A DNA stretch of 36,740 bases from the NCBI RefSeq assembly GCF_001194135.2, contig NC_068982.1, positions 182,954,498 to 182,991,237 on the forward strand, given 5' to 3'. How positions within the stretch are numbered: position 1 is the first letter of the stretch; each line of letters opens with the position of its first letter. Shown piece by piece: positions 35,350-36,740 of this stretch. Origin of the DNA: Octopus bimaculoides. Lineage: Eukaryota. The notes beneath the pieces were generated by a model. It saw only the letters and a program-made list of their open reading frames with translations, searched no databases and was not told the DNA's origin. Made by a program: the position numbers and the translations under genes.

Positions 35350-36740
<1,391 letters not shown>

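Overview
AT-rich, microsatellite-dense eukaryotic DNA with 12 N-gaps. I found no intact host gene, rRNA, functional tRNA or CRISPR array. The repeat make-up (tRNA-headed SINEs, one with a CORE-like segment, plus very dense microsatellites) looks like an octopus/cephalopod draft assembly; this is inference. Nearly all ORFs in the track are artefacts of microsatellites or gaps. What can be supported: about 20 copies or fragments of three tRNA-derived SINE families (labelled A, B and C here), several with target-site duplications (TSDs); two 5'-truncated R4/Dong-clade retrotransposons with restriction-like endonuclease (RLE), stacked head-to-tail inside (AAT)n arrays (14.5-17.3 kb); decayed Helitron Rep sequence with an internal duplication (6.7-9.0 kb); an internally deleted DD37D (maT) Tc1/mariner element with terminal inverted repeats (TIRs); an RTE LINE 3' fragment; a mariner C-terminal fragment; and an old CR1/L2/Jockey-group LINE relic. 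The best leads are the AAT-targeted retrotransposon stack, a SINE subfamily joined twice at the identical nucleotide of another family member's A-box, and modular exchange of SINE tails and internal domains. All alignments were done by eye and family names come from memory of motifs, so they need database confirmation.
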